Below, piece by piece: positions 9,554 through 19,646 of a DNA stretch of 64,000 nucleotides. The first letter of the stretch is position 1. Each line of letters begins with the position of its first letter. The stretch lies in IMG/VR virus record IMGVR_UViG_3300042305_002088, positions 39,279-103,278 of that record; one strand, written 5' to 3'. Both the position numbers and the translations under genes were made by a program. This stretch comes from a virus. Below the pieces are notes generated by a model. The model saw only the letters and a program-made list of their open reading frames with translations. It made no database searches and had not been told where the DNA came from.

Positions 9554-10221
9554 TTACTGATTTAGAGCGCAGAATTTATAACAAACATTTAGCTGTATCT
9601 CGTTCTCTACGAGGTAAGGCTTTTAAGTTAAAACAAGACTTTACAGACTTTCAAAACGATCCCAAATATCTTCATATTAAGCGTCTTGCTACCTTCTTTT
9701 CCAAGTACCCAGACGTTAATATGGATACCTATTTTATAGCACCTTATAAACTCTATACAGACGTTCAATATTTTGATCTATCTTATTTTGCATCGCCGAG
9801 AGCCATCAAAACTTATACAATTTATAAACAACAACTCTTACAAGAATCACCAGACTCTCAAAAAACAGATGTTAAGGAATCATTAACATTTTTAGTCCGT
9901 TATTGTTTACAGAACAGTATTCAACTTCATGATTACGTCTTTCATAAAGAAAAAGGAATAGAGCCAATTTGGACATACCATATTAAACATAACAAAATTA
10001 ACCCTTACGTTTTAATGGAATTTCCAAATCTTTTTCATACAATACAAGAAATGCCGAGAGATGAGAGGGAAATACTTCTAGGTCGTTTTGGAACTAATTT
10101 CCTCGAATACCGGACACGATATATGAATTCTAAAGAACTAAGACCGTTTTTGGAAAAAGCTTTTGTTCGCCTAAAACTTTTTGTAGATAAAAACTTGAAC
10201 TCTGCAAAATATCAACCATAA
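9550..10221 (+). CDS. Hypothetical protein, possible gp59-like helicase loader
   Basis: 223 aa, aromatic/basic, directly upstream of gp32 as gp59 is in T4. No diagnostic motif. Confidence 0.45.
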   Translation: MITDLERRIYNKHLAVSRSLRGKAFKLKQDFTDFQNDPKYLHIKRLATFFSKYPDVNMDTYFIAPYKLYTDVQYFDLSYFASPRAIKTYTIYKQQLLQESPDSQKTDVKESLTFLVRYCLQNSIQLHDYVFHKEKGIEPIWTYHIKHNKINPYVLMEFPNLFHTIQEMPRDEREILLGRFGTNFLEYRTRYMNSKELRPFLEKAFVRLKLFVDKNLNSAKYQP

Positions 10222-10222
10222 T
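10195..10222 (+). promoter_or_regulatory. sigma70-like promoter for gp32
   Basis: TTGAAC-16nt-CATAAT, 9 nt before ATG 10232. Confidence 0.45.
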
Positions 10223-10231
10223 AATAACACT

Positions 10232-11158
10232 ATGACATTCACTAAAAATATGTTTAACGAAATTAAGGCCTCTTTGTCTGATAAGAAAGATTCTTCTTAT
10301 AAAGAGATCATGAAATTTGAGCCCGGCAAGACTTACGTTGTTCGTCTTGTACCTAATGTTACCGATCCTAAATCGACCATGTATCATTACTATCACCATT
10401 CCTGGAACAGCCTTTGTACAGGTCAGTTTGTTACTACCCTTTGCCCTTCGACTTATGGAGAGCAATGCCCTATTGATCAACTCGTTCTTAAGACCTACAA
10501 TACAGGTTCTGCAGAAGAGAAGGAGAAGATTAAGCCTATTACTCGTAAAGAGAACTGGTATGTTAATGCTTATGTTATCTCTGATCCTACCAACCCTGAG
10601 AACGAAGGTAAGGTTAAGGTTATTCGCTACGGTAAAGAGCTTGCTAAGATTATTAACTCTGCCATTGATGGCGATGATGCCGATGAGTTTGGTGTTAAGA
10701 TCTTTGACGTTGCTGAAGGCTGTTCTCTGAAGGTTAAGTGTGAATCCCGCACTGGTATGGGCGGTAGCCGAGCTTTTGTTACTTACTCGGCCTCTAAGTT
10801 CACCTCACCTTCTAAGCTTGAGGGTATTGATGCCAAGAAGCTCGACGCTATCTATGAATCCGCTCACGATCTTAGTAAGCTTGTTAAACCTAAGACTTAT
10901 GCTGAGCTTCAACGTATGCTCGATCAGCACTTCTTCTGCATTCAAGATGTAACTAATCTTGAAGAAGAAGACGAAACACCAACACCTGCTAAAGTAGCTG
11001 AGGTTAAAAAGAACGATGCTCTTGATTCAATCTTTGCAGGTATTAAAGAGTCTACCTCTACTACTGAGCCTGCTGTATCTAAAGTAGCAGTCTCTGAAGA
11101 GAAGCCTGCCGTGGATGACACTGATGCTAAACTCAAAGAACTTCTCGCAAGTCTCTAA
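10232..11158 (+). CDS. gp32: Single-stranded DNA-binding protein (gp32)
   Basis: VRLVP, HSW...CPSTYGEQCPI Zn site, YVISDPTNPENEGKV, acidic tail. Confidence 0.92.
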   Translation: MTFTKNMFNEIKASLSDKKDSSYKEIMKFEPGKTYVVRLVPNVTDPKSTMYHYYHHSWNSLCTGQFVTTLCPSTYGEQCPIDQLVLKTYNTGSAEEKEKIKPITRKENWYVNAYVISDPTNPENEGKVKVIRYGKELAKIINSAIDGDDADEFGVKIFDVAEGCSLKVKCESRTGMGGSRAFVTYSASKFTSPSKLEGIDAKKLDAIYESAHDLSKLVKPKTYAELQRMLDQHFFCIQDVTNLEEEDETPTPAKVAEVKKNDALDSIFAGIKESTSTTEPAVSKVAVSEEKPAVDDTDAKLKELLASL

Positions 11159-11161
11159 TTT

Positions 11162-11827
11162 ATGTTAAGAAGTAAAAAGAAACTCCAATACGCTAACCAC
11201 AACGTAATTCATTCTCAAGAAGAGATTAATGAGCTTATTGAGAATGGAGCTAAAGCTTACGAAGCATATCTTGATGCCTTAGGTTTTGACTGGCGCAATG
11301 ACCCTAATAGTTCAGATACACCTCGTCGTGTTGCCAAGGCATTTGTTACAGACCTAGCTATGGGCTGTTATACAGAACCACCTAAAGTGACTGCCTTTGA
11401 TAACGTAGATAGTTACGATGGTATGGTCTGTCAGAATAACATTAAGGTTGTTTCGATGTGCTCTCATCACCATGCACCTTTTATGGGTGTTGCGCACGTT
11501 GCCTATATACCTGCTGCAAATGGTAAAGTAATTGGTCTCTCGAAGCTCAATCGTATTGTTGATTGGTTTTCACGCCGCCCTCAAGTTCAGGAGAACCTTA
11601 CTATGCAGATTCACCAGTATATTGATGCAGTCTGCGAGAAGAATAAAGGAGTAGCTGTCTTAATTGAAGCTAATCATACTTGCTGTTCTAATCGCGGTAT
11701 TAAACATGATAGTACTATGAGGACTGCTAGAATGTCTGGATCTTTCTTAGATGAAAAAGATAATTCAAGGGCTGAGTTTTACAAATTTGTTGAATTTGCC
11801 CAAAACAATAAAGGCCACATTTCGTAA
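11162..11827 (+). CDS. folE: GTP cyclohydrolase I
   Basis: [41 protein letters not shown]. Confidence 0.96.
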   Translation: MLRSKKKLQYANHNVIHSQEEINELIENGAKAYEAYLDALGFDWRNDPNSSDTPRRVAKAFVTDLAMGCYTEPPKVTAFDNVDSYDGMVCQNNIKVVSMCSHHHAPFMGVAHVAYIPAANGKVIGLSKLNRIVDWFSRRPQVQENLTMQIHQYIDAVCEKNKGVAVLIEANHTCCSNRGIKHDSTMRTARMSGSFLDEKDNSRAEFYKFVEFAQNNKGHIS

Positions 11828-11828
11828 A

Positions 11829-12278
11829 ATGATCACGGATGAACAACTTGCAACAGCGCTAGTCGCTAAAATGGCTGGTATGGAGCTTAAAAAGGTTGAC
11901 GATAACACCCTTACTCAATCTTCTACTGGTCCTGCTACTAAAATTGACCCGAAGAATTTTCTTCCCGGGGTTCAACAACATCAGCAAAACCAGCAGCAAA
12001 GAATGATCGAAGAGCTCAATAGGCAGGCTATGATGGCCCATCCACTACCTCAGCAGCAAATGCCTATTCAACAAGCGCCTGTTGTTCAAACAGTAAGTAC
12101 ACCACAACCGCAAACCTTCACGGGACAGGATCCTAATCAATTAACCTTTGATTTTATTGATGAAGCTACACAGAAAAAGTCACTTAAGCAGCTTGATTTA
12201 ATTGTTGATTACCTGTATTCTATTAACAACAAATTAGATAAGATTTTAAGTCGTGACAAACATTCTGTCTCTCAATAA
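11829..12278 (+). CDS. Gln-rich hypothetical protein with QLTFDF motif
   Basis: Likely start is ATG 11829, just after the folE stop. Q/P-rich middle. Confidence 0.6.
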   Translation: MITDEQLATALVAKMAGMELKKVDDNTLTQSSTGPATKIDPKNFLPGVQQHQQNQQQRMIEELNRQAMMAHPLPQQQMPIQQAPVVQTVSTPQPQTFTGQDPNQLTFDFIDEATQKKSLKQLDLIVDYLYSINNKLDKILSRDKHSVSQ

Positions 12279-12990
12279 AGAATCCTTCGTACAGAAGTTC
12301 TTAACACCTATCAGCAAATTAGCTGATAACGTTTCAATATCGTTTAATGATGATGAGGTGTTTACTACTTGTGCTTCTCAAGACGGGTCAATTGTATTAC
12401 TGGCCAGTTATAAAACTGATACAGCTGTAAAAGGTATTCCTCGGATTAATCTTCCTGATGTTAAGAAGTTTGTAAGGCTTCTTGATTGTGTAGACCAGGA
12501 TAATATTGCCTTAACCATTGAGAACAATCATCTCAAGTATACTACTCCTTCCTTTAAGTTTAATTACTTCTTACTTGAAGACAGCTACATGCAGAGGTGC
12601 CCGGTTAACCCAGATAAGATTAAACAGCTAAAATATGATACAGCTTTCCTTTTACCTAATACAAAGTTTAATGAAGTATTAAAGGGTAGCTCCATTGCTA
12701 CAGATTCTGATAAGTTATATTTTTATACAAAAGACGGTAAGGTGTATTGTGAATTAAATGATCTGGAAAGACAGAACATTAATAATATTACATATCTTGT
12801 AGCAGAGAAGTTTGTTGGTGAAAGCATTAAGAATACTTTACCTCTTAACTTAGAGAATATCCGTTTACTTGCTGGAACTAAATGCAACGAATTCACTGTA
12901 AAGGTTAACAACGAACTAAAAGTAACCCTTTTTCAGATTGAAGAAAAAGATATTGATATAAAATTTATTATATCAGCGCTGGTAAAATAA
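12253..12990 (+). CDS. gp45: Sliding clamp (gp45-like)
   Basis: 245 aa, two-domain alpha/beta pattern of PCNA/gp45, C-terminal 'IKFIISAL', replication context. Confidence 0.75.
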   Translation: MTNILSLNKESFVQKFLTPISKLADNVSISFNDDEVFTTCASQDGSIVLLASYKTDTAVKGIPRINLPDVKKFVRLLDCVDQDNIALTIENNHLKYTTPSFKFNYFLLEDSYMQRCPVNPDKIKQLKYDTAFLLPNTKFNEVLKGSSIATDSDKLYFYTKDGKVYCELNDLERQNINNITYLVAEKFVGESIKNTLPLNLENIRLLAGTKCNEFTVKVNNELKVTLFQIEEKDIDIKFIISALVK

Positions 12991-13013
12991 CACCTTGTAG
13001 TATAAGTTTTAAT

Positions 13014-13343
13014 ATGTCAAATAAATTGTCCACATTAGGTTACACACTGAAACGTTTACGGGATTCAGGTTATTATGCTCATAAACTTTTTACTGAGTAC
13101 AATGAAGCTGATCCTCGAGCTTGGACAATTGTTATCGACCCAAGTGTATCATCAGTGTTTTGCACCTGCTTTGTCAACGAACCTTTTTATGGAGATTCTT
13201 ATTTTGAGTTAACAGATGGTGATCAAAGAATTCCTGGTCGTTTAAAAATTTCTACCTCTTCGTTTGAGGTACTTGTTGAGCATTTAGTCAAATATAACAT
13301 TAATAATAAAGCACCAGGGTATAATAAGAAATTTAATAAATAA
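13014..13343 (+). CDS. Hypothetical protein
   Basis: Clean 109-aa ORF. Confidence 0.6.
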   Translation: MSNKLSTLGYTLKRLRDSGYYAHKLFTEYNEADPRAWTIVIDPSVSSVFCTCFVNEPFYGDSYFELTDGDQRIPGRLKISTSSFEVLVEHLVKYNINNKAPGYNKKFNK

Positions 13344-13347
13344 TTGT

Positions 13348-13722
13348 ATGCCCGGGGAGGACAAAAATAAAAAGAAACCCAAACGGGCTTATCGTAAAAA
13401 GAAGACTGATGCTATGGGTCTGAGTGCCCTAAACCCTGAAGATCAATTACTACCAGCTAAACAGTTAGCACAAGTTGAAGATGTTATTAAACAGGCTTTT
13501 CTTCGCTTCTACGATAACGCAACCCTAAAACAATATAAGGTTAAAGATCTAGAACACCTTGATACTGTTGTATCAGAGTTTTTAGGTTCATTTATGATTT
13601 TAGGTTACGATATAAATGGTGAAAAGGTTCTTATTATGCATGCCACAAACCCTCATGATAGGGATGCACTTATAGAGCATATGAGAACAACATTGCTTGG
13701 AATTATCAATCCACAAGGTTAA
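13348..13722 (+). CDS. Hypothetical protein with basic N-terminus
   Basis: 124 aa. TAAATA box 5 nt upstream (13337-13342). Confidence 0.6.
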   Translation: MPGEDKNKKKPKRAYRKKKTDAMGLSALNPEDQLLPAKQLAQVEDVIKQAFLRFYDNATLKQYKVKDLEHLDTVVSEFLGSFMILGYDINGEKVLIMHATNPHDRDALIEHMRTTLLGIINPQG

Positions 13723-13725
13723 ATA
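13720..13725 (+). promoter_or_regulatory. T4-type late promoter core TAAATA (terminase)
   Basis: TAAATA 5 nt before GTG 13731. One of about 26 such boxes ahead of start codons. Confidence 0.65.
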
Positions 13726-13730
13726 ACTTC

Positions 13731-15512
13731 GTGCCAAAAAACGAAGAGGTATTTAAAGATCCCTACGAAGATGTTATAATAGAGAACCCTATAGACGATT
13801 CTCAGTTCTATAGAGGTGATAAAAATGTACCAAAAGAGGATGCCCAGTTTGAATGGACTCCTAAGATGGTTAAGGAGCTCAAGAAGTGTAAAGAGAATAT
13901 CATACACTTTGCTGAGAACCATTTCTGGATTGTAAACCTCGATCGAGGTAAGATGAAGATTGAGCTCTATAAAGCTCAAAAACGTGCCCTTAAGTCTCTT
14001 GCCGACAATAGGTTTGTCTGTGTCTTAGCCTCCCGTCAATGTGGTAAGACGACGATTACTACGATATACGCGCTCTGGAATACCTGCTTCTTTGACGACC
14101 AAAGAGTTATTATTGTTGCCAATAAAGAAAATACTGCAATTAACATTTTTAAGAGAATAAGAATGGCTTATGAATTATTACCGAACTATCTCAAACCCGG
14201 TGTTAAAGAGTATGGTAAGACGGGTGTTACTTTTGCTAACGGTTCTAGTATAGGTATTAGTACCACGACGTCGACAGCAGCTCGTGGTGATACGGCTTCT
14301 ATTCTTTGTATTGACGAGGCAGCTTTCATTGACCCTCACTTTATGGATGAGTTCTGGAAATCAGTTATCCCGATTGTTTCATCTGGTAAAAAGACAAAAA
14401 TTTTCATGGTCAGTACCCCAAACGGTTCAGGTAACAAGTTTTACGAAATATATTCTGGTGCTGAAAAGGAAACTAATGGTTGGACAGCTGAAAGAATTGA
14501 TTGGTGGGATGTTCCCGGAAGAGGTGAAAAGTGGCGAAAGCAGATGGTAGCAGCTCTTGGTTCTGATGAAGCTTTTCAACAAGAGTTTGGTAATACGTTT
14601 CTTGATGCTGGTAATTCTGCAGTCGGAGCTTCGGTTATTGAGAGATTTAAAGAAAATAAAAAACCTGCCATCCATACAAGCGATGAAGGTGCGTACAAAG
14701 TCTTTGAGGTCCCAGATATTAACAAACTTTACGCAATCGGTGTTGACGTCGGAGAGGGTATTGGGAGAGCCTCCTCTGTGGCCCAAGTACTTGATGTTAC
14801 AGACTTAACTGACATTAAACAGGTAGCTGTGTACGGAACTAATACTGTTGAACCTTATCACTATGCTAACAAATTAGTTAATCTTTGTTCCCAATGGGGT
14901 AACCCACCTCTGTTAGTTGAGAGAAATAACTGTGGTGCACAAATTATTGATGCCCTTTTCCACAAACACATGTACGAAAAAATTGTATCATGTTCCAAGT
15001 TAGCCAACACCGGGTCATTTTCTAATACCAGACATCTAGGAATTCTTTCACATAATAATCTCCGCTTTGCAGGTGTTGCTAATATGCGTTACTGGGTCAA
15101 CTTCCTACAGGTTGTCCATATTAATGATCTCGACACAATTAAAGAGTTTGAAACTTTCATCCGTTACCCAAACGGAACTTACAGAAAGAAGAATGACCAA
15201 TTTTACGATGACCGAATTATGTCTCTTGTTTGGGCTTTGTTTATTTTAGAACCAGAAATCTGCCAACAATATTTTGAAGTTAAAGAGTTTGATGACCAAA
15301 ATAAACCTCTACGCATTGGAAACCTCGATTACTATGAACCTGATAAAAGTCTTTATAAGGTAAAAGACTTAAATAATAGTAACAATATAACAACTTTGGG
15401 TAACACTGAAGAGTCAATGTTTCAGCCATTAGTTTCAGAAAAAGAATTTGAAAAAATGTATGATACATCGGATTTAGACGATTTAATGTCTCAAGGTTGG
15501 AAACCAATGTAA
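13731..15512 (+). CDS. gp17: Terminase large subunit (gp17)
   Basis: ASRQCGKT, LCIDEAAF, VSTPNG, FQQEF, nuclease motifs GVDVGEG and DDRIMS. Confidence 0.97.
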   Translation: MPKNEEVFKDPYEDVIIENPIDDSQFYRGDKNVPKEDAQFEWTPKMVKELKKCKENIIHFAENHFWIVNLDRGKMKIELYKAQKRALKSLADNRFVCVLASRQCGKTTITTIYALWNTCFFDDQRVIIVANKENTAINIFKRIRMAYELLPNYLKPGVKEYGKTGVTFANGSSIGISTTTSTAARGDTASILCIDEAAFIDPHFMDEFWKSVIPIVSSGKKTKIFMVSTPNGSGNKFYEIYSGAEKETNGWTAERIDWWDVPGRGEKWRKQMVAALGSDEAFQQEFGNTFLDAGNSAVGASVIERFKENKKPAIHTSDEGAYKVFEVPDINKLYAIGVDVGEGIGRASSVAQVLDVTDLTDIKQVAVYGTNTVEPYHYANKLVNLCSQWGNPPLLVERNNCGAQIIDALFHKHMYEKIVSCSKLANTGSFSNTRHLGILSHNNLRFAGVANMRYWVNFLQVVHINDLDTIKEFETFIRYPNGTYRKKNDQFYDDRIMSLVWALFILEPEICQQYFEVKEFDDQNKPLRIGNLDYYEPDKSLYKVKDLNNSNNITTLGNTEESMFQPLVSEKEFEKMYDTSDLDDLMSQGWKPM

Positions 15513-15513
15513 T

Positions 15514-16122
15514 ATGCCAGATAACGACCTTTGCGAGACACCTCAAGCTACCCAGCAATCAGTTCTTAATAGATCAAGTAAAGATAAATTTTTGCTTGTT
15601 TTAAATTTACCTACCATTCTTAAAGAAAGATCTAAAACCGATTCTAAAATTAAACTTGACCCTTTACAGATGAGTGTGCACGGAACTATAGTTCCTGCTA
15701 TTCAGGTACCAGCTAATGAAGTTCGTTTTGCAGGACAATCTTACAATGTATCCTCTCACTCTCGCCCAAACTATCAACCACTAACTGTTAATTTTATTGT
15801 TGACAACAAATTTTATAATTATTGGCTACTTTGGAAATGGTTAGATGTACTCAATACATCCCGTGGTAGCTTGTATGACGGTACAAAAGAAAAAAACAAA
15901 ACAAGACAATATAACACAGAACAAGGAGATCTATTAGAATATCAATCTAATTTAACTGTTTTTAGTTTAAACGAATACAATCAAAGAAGTGTGGAATTTT
16001 TATATTTTAACGCTTTTATAACCAATCTCGGAGCTATTAATTATAGTTATAGAGATTCAGAAATTATAGAAGCCACTGCAGAATTTCAGTTTAGTCAGCT
16101 TAAAATTAATTTATTAAGCTAA
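15514..16122 (+). CDS. Tail tube terminator / completion protein (gp3-like)
   Basis: Tube-fold motifs 'YQPLTVNFIVD...NY..LWKW' and 'FITNLGAINYS..DSE'. Confidence 0.7.
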   Translation: MPDNDLCETPQATQQSVLNRSSKDKFLLVLNLPTILKERSKTDSKIKLDPLQMSVHGTIVPAIQVPANEVRFAGQSYNVSSHSRPNYQPLTVNFIVDNKFYNYWLLWKWLDVLNTSRGSLYDGTKEKNKTRQYNTEQGDLLEYQSNLTVFSLNEYNQRSVEFLYFNAFITNLGAINYSYRDSEIIEATAEFQFSQLKINLLS

Positions 16123-16141
16123 ATTTCGATAAAAAAATATA

Positions 16142-16158
16142 CCCAGAAACAATAAATA
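16142..16158 (+). promoter_or_regulatory. Extended late promoter CCC-N6-AATAAATA (tail sheath)
   Basis: Same architecture at 55697-55713 and 62043-62059. Confidence 0.55.
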
Positions 16159-16171
16159 ATAATATAACAAT

Positions 16172-18376
16172 ATGGCTATTCAAAGACCGCAAAGAAGAAT
16201 TAATTCACCGGGTGTACAGATCGACGAAACTGATTTGTCCCAATATTTAAACCCAACACCAGGTACAACAGTATTTGTTGCTGGTTATGCCCCACAAGGC
16301 CCGGTAGATGAAGTATTAAGTATTACTTCAAATTCTGAGTTAGATCAAGTTTTCGGTCTTCCGCAGACACCTGCTGAGCGTTATTTTTATCACTCATGTA
16401 AGGAAATTTTAAATTCACCAGGTAACTTACTTGTTACTCGTCTACCATATGGTTCTGGTGGAGGTGAAGTTTTTGGCGGTTCATACGGAGCATTATTTTA
16501 CCCTGTTTTAAGCTCAGGTACAACAATAGGTACAGGAATCTCGGGTGTCGGTGCACTTTCAGCAACAGAGCTTTCAGCAACTACAATAACCGGTTATCAG
16601 ATTGGTCAACCAACACATCTTACATTAAATGACGATCAATACGACAATATTATTCAAGGTAACGTTACCTGGTCGTCTTTATCATCTACTCAACTAACAC
16701 CAAGTCTTTCTACAACTGGATCAGTATATAATATTAACAACACAGGTATTATTGTTCTCAACTCTTCTAAAACAACAATTAATGAAGCATTTGAAGGTTA
16801 TTACATAACATTTGCTGATAATACAAATTTTGGTCCTGATTCTGATTACAACGCAGTAACAAGTCTGTATAGTCTTACTGCAGCAAATGATTTTACACAA
16901 CTACCATCAACTCGTCTCGGTTTTGCATTATCAGCTGCTTCCGGTACTACAAGAGATTCAATCTCTGAAGTTATTGAGAAGACACCAACATACAATTTTG
17001 GTGATTCGTACTATAAAGATTCTCTGATCGTTAATATCTTTAAAATTCGTAATTCGATTTATGAGCCAGAAAATTTAACATACTCGTTAGCAGAAACCCA
17101 CATCGGTTCTTTTGATCCTAATAAACAAATCGTAGCCGATGGTGGCGGTACACCGAAAACGTTTTACTTAGAAAATATCGTTAACCGTGGTTCAAATAAT
17201 ATAAAGCTACTAATTAACCCAGCACTAACAGATAGAACTAATTGGGTATCCCTAAGTGCTAATACACCAGCAAGAGCTGTTACGATTAATTCAGCAGCAC
17301 GAGCCATATTCCCGGTAGGTTCATATTTACCAACATACGCTTATCAAAGAGGTAAAGATATCGGTAATGTAGTAACAAAACTACAGCGTGCTTTAACCCT
17401 AGTTGAATTACCTGAAACTATTAATATCGATGTACTCGTTGATGCAGGCCTTTCAACAATTCATGCAAATAGTATTACAACCAGTAACGGTGACAAGTAT
17501 TATGATGATAAAACCTTCCAAGTTACTACAAATCTTACCTCAAGTATTGAGTTATGGCAGTCAATTACAAATACATTTAATACATTTGTAACACTGACTC
17601 GTAAAGATTGTGTATTTATTTCTGATCCACTACGTCAAATATTTGTAAACGGTGAAGATACTAAAACACTCTCACTTAAAACTAAAAACTTTACAACAAA
17701 CGTTTACACACCTCTCAAAAACAGCTATGGGAGTATAAATTCAAATTACTTAGCAGCATATGCTAACTGGGTTAAGATATACGACTCAACAATTGATAAG
17801 CGCGTATGGGTACCTATTTCAGGTTTTGTAGGAGCTGTTTATGCTCGTTCTGATGCACAAACTCAACAGTGGTTTGCACCAGCTGGCCTAAATCGCGGTA
17901 TTATTGCTAACGCTCTTGATTTAGCTATCAACCCCAACCAAAAGCAAAGAGATAACCTTTACACAATTGCTCTTAACCCTGTTGTATTCTTCCCAGGAGA
18001 CGGTTATGTAGTATTCGGTCAAAAGACCTTACAAACAAAACCAACAGCATTTGACAGAGTAAATGTAAGACGTCTGTTCTTAGCTCTGGAAAAAGCAACT
18101 CTTAAAGCTCTTAAGTACTTCGTATTTGAACCTAACACTGAGTTTACACGCTCACGTCTCAAAGCAACCCTTACACCAATTTTTGAATTGGCTAAGAATA
18201 CAGAGGGTGTTTATGACTACCTCATTGTTTGCGACGAGCGTAACAATACATCAGATTCAATCGATCGTAATGAGTTACTAGTAGATATCTATATCAAGCC
18301 AGTTAAGGCTGCAGAGTTTATCTTAGTCAACTTCATTGCAACACGCACTGGTCAAAACTTTGAAGAATTGATCTAA
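16172..18376 (+). CDS. gp18: Contractile tail sheath protein (gp18)
   Basis: SPGVQIDETDLS, WFAPAGLNRG, FGQKTLQ, FDRVNVRRLF, VFEPN, IYIKP. Confidence 0.96.
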   Translation: MAIQRPQRRINSPGVQIDETDLSQYLNPTPGTTVFVAGYAPQGPVDEVLSITSNSELDQVFGLPQTPAERYFYHSCKEILNSPGNLLVTRLPYGSGGGEVFGGSYGALFYPVLSSGTTIGTGISGVGALSATELSATTITGYQIGQPTHLTLNDDQYDNIIQGNVTWSSLSSTQLTPSLSTTGSVYNINNTGIIVLNSSKTTINEAFEGYYITFADNTNFGPDSDYNAVTSLYSLTAANDFTQLPSTRLGFALSAASGTTRDSISEVIEKTPTYNFGDSYYKDSLIVNIFKIRNSIYEPENLTYSLAETHIGSFDPNKQIVADGGGTPKTFYLENIVNRGSNNIKLLINPALTDRTNWVSLSANTPARAVTINSAARAIFPVGSYLPTYAYQRGKDIGNVVTKLQRALTLVELPETINIDVLVDAGLSTIHANSITTSNGDKYYDDKTFQVTTNLTSSIELWQSITNTFNTFVTLTRKDCVFISDPLRQIFVNGEDTKTLSLKTKNFTTNVYTPLKNSYGSINSNYLAAYANWVKIYDSTIDKRVWVPISGFVGAVYARSDAQTQQWFAPAGLNRGIIANALDLAINPNQKQRDNLYTIALNPVVFFPGDGYVVFGQKTLQTKPTAFDRVNVRRLFLALEKATLKALKYFVFEPNTEFTRSRLKATLTPIFELAKNTEGVYDYLIVCDERNNTSDSIDRNELLVDIYIKPVKAAEFILVNFIATRTGQNFEELI

Positions 18377-18391
18377 TAAATATTTAAAATT

Positions 18392-18919
18392 ATGGCACAA
18401 AATATAGCAGACTTCTATAGAACAGTACAAGAAAGAGATTTTGCACGTCAATTTCAATTTCGTGTAATTCAGCTTGCAAATACTAACTTTAACGAAGATG
18501 AATTCGTTTATTTAGAAACTGCAAATCTACCAGGCAGAACAATTAATAATATTCAGGTACCTTTCATGGGCTTGAATTTCAATGTACCTGGTACAGCTTC
18601 ATACCCTGGTTCTGAGAGTTATGCCGTATCATTTAGGTGTGATCAGAATTATGACATTCGTTCTACTCTAGAAAACGCTACATTTAACACTTTTGATGAT
18701 CAAACATCAACCGGGGACTACAATATTGCAAGAAATTCTTCTGTTATCATCTTAAATCTTCTTGGCAAAGACTCAAGTGTTATTAGACAATATACCCTAT
18801 ATGGAGCTTATGTAGTATCAGTAGGAGATATTGCTTACAATCTAGGAGATAACGGAGCTATCGTAACCGTTCCTTCTACTCTAGCCTATCAGTACTGGAG
18901 AGTTACTGCTGCCTCCTAA
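18392..18919 (+). CDS. gp19: Tail tube protein (gp19)
   Basis: TANLPG...VPFMG...PG and C-terminal LAYQYW, directly after the sheath gene. Confidence 0.88.
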   Translation: MAQNIADFYRTVQERDFARQFQFRVIQLANTNFNEDEFVYLETANLPGRTINNIQVPFMGLNFNVPGTASYPGSESYAVSFRCDQNYDIRSTLENATFNTFDDQTSTGDYNIARNSSVIILNLLGKDSSVIRQYTLYGAYVVSVGDIAYNLGDNGAIVTVPSTLAYQYWRVTAAS

Positions 18920-18925
18920 TTTATA

Positions 18926-18946
18926 TTAATAGGTAAAACCTATTAA
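18926..18946 (+). terminator. AT-rich hairpin after the tube gene, overlapping the next TAAATA box
   Basis: TTAATAGGT-AAA-ACCTATTAA perfect 9-bp inverted repeat. Confidence 0.45.
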
Positions 18947-18959
18947 ATAATATAAATGT

Positions 18960-19634
18960 ATGGGTGTCGAGCTCACTAATCAAATACCATTCTTTTTAGA
19001 GTCGTTTCTTAGCAAACCTGCATCTGCTTTACCGAAAGGTGCGCAGTGGGTACTAATATTTGATCCTATTCCAACTACTTTAATTAAGAGAATTGCTTCA
19101 GGTTGGGAACCACGAAAATGGAATATAGATAAAGCTATAGAACAAACAAACGATAACAGCAACTACATGAATAAAAAGGGCTGTTTGTTTGTTCAAGCTG
19201 CAGAGATTCCTAGCGAAGGAACTGTTATAAACGCAGAAGGTTTACAATATAATGGGTTTTTAAGAACAAATATCGGAGCTGGCCGGGAAGCATACTCTAC
19301 TGTACAAATTATATTTCTAGATACAAATATTAGTTTTGCTGATAATGTTATTAGACCTTGGGTTATAACTACATCCCATTTAGGTATGATGGCACGTGGC
19401 GTAGAAAATGGAGTCGACTACAATTACAGATGTAATTTTACCCTTTATAAATTAGGTGTTAAAAATAGAAAAGACCCTCCAAAAATTACTCAAAAAGTAA
19501 CATTTATTGGGGGATGCCCGGTATCAGTTGGCAGTGAGGAATTAAATTACTCCCCGGTTACTTCTCCAAGTCTACGAAGCACAACATTCACTTTTCATTA
19601 TTATACGGTAGAAGGTCCTCAAAGTACCTTTTAA
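18960..19634 (+). CDS. Tube-fold baseplate/tube initiator (gp54-like)
   Basis: Tube-like motifs 'EIPSE', 'GGCPVSVGSEELNY', 'TFTFHYY'. Follows gp19. Confidence 0.6.
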   Translation: MGVELTNQIPFFLESFLSKPASALPKGAQWVLIFDPIPTTLIKRIASGWEPRKWNIDKAIEQTNDNSNYMNKKGCLFVQAAEIPSEGTVINAEGLQYNGFLRTNIGAGREAYSTVQIIFLDTNISFADNVIRPWVITTSHLGMMARGVENGVDYNYRCNFTLYKLGVKNRKDPPKITQKVTFIGGCPVSVGSEELNYSPVTSPSLRSTTFTFHYYTVEGPQSTF

Positions 19635-19646
19635 GTAAAGGTAAGA

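Noticed and set aside
4245-11827. purN, folE and queF as auxiliary metabolic genes for host purine, folate or tRNA-queuosine synthesis
   Set aside because: Tight coupling to a DpdA-like gene and the DNA polymerase favours DNA modification. A secondary metabolic role cannot be excluded.
11751-11828. ORF-track upstream starts for 11751-12278, 47154-47618, 59039-59497 and 59469-60257
   Set aside because: The first three overlap the preceding gene, and the last ignores the TAAATA box. Starts at 11829, 47268, 59045 and 60224 fit better.
13348-13410. KKKPKRAYRKKK as a nuclear localisation signal implying a eukaryotic virus
   Set aside because: The gene set (sheath, baseplate, gp23, gp21) is clearly a bacterial myophage. 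A basic tract more likely binds nucleic acid.
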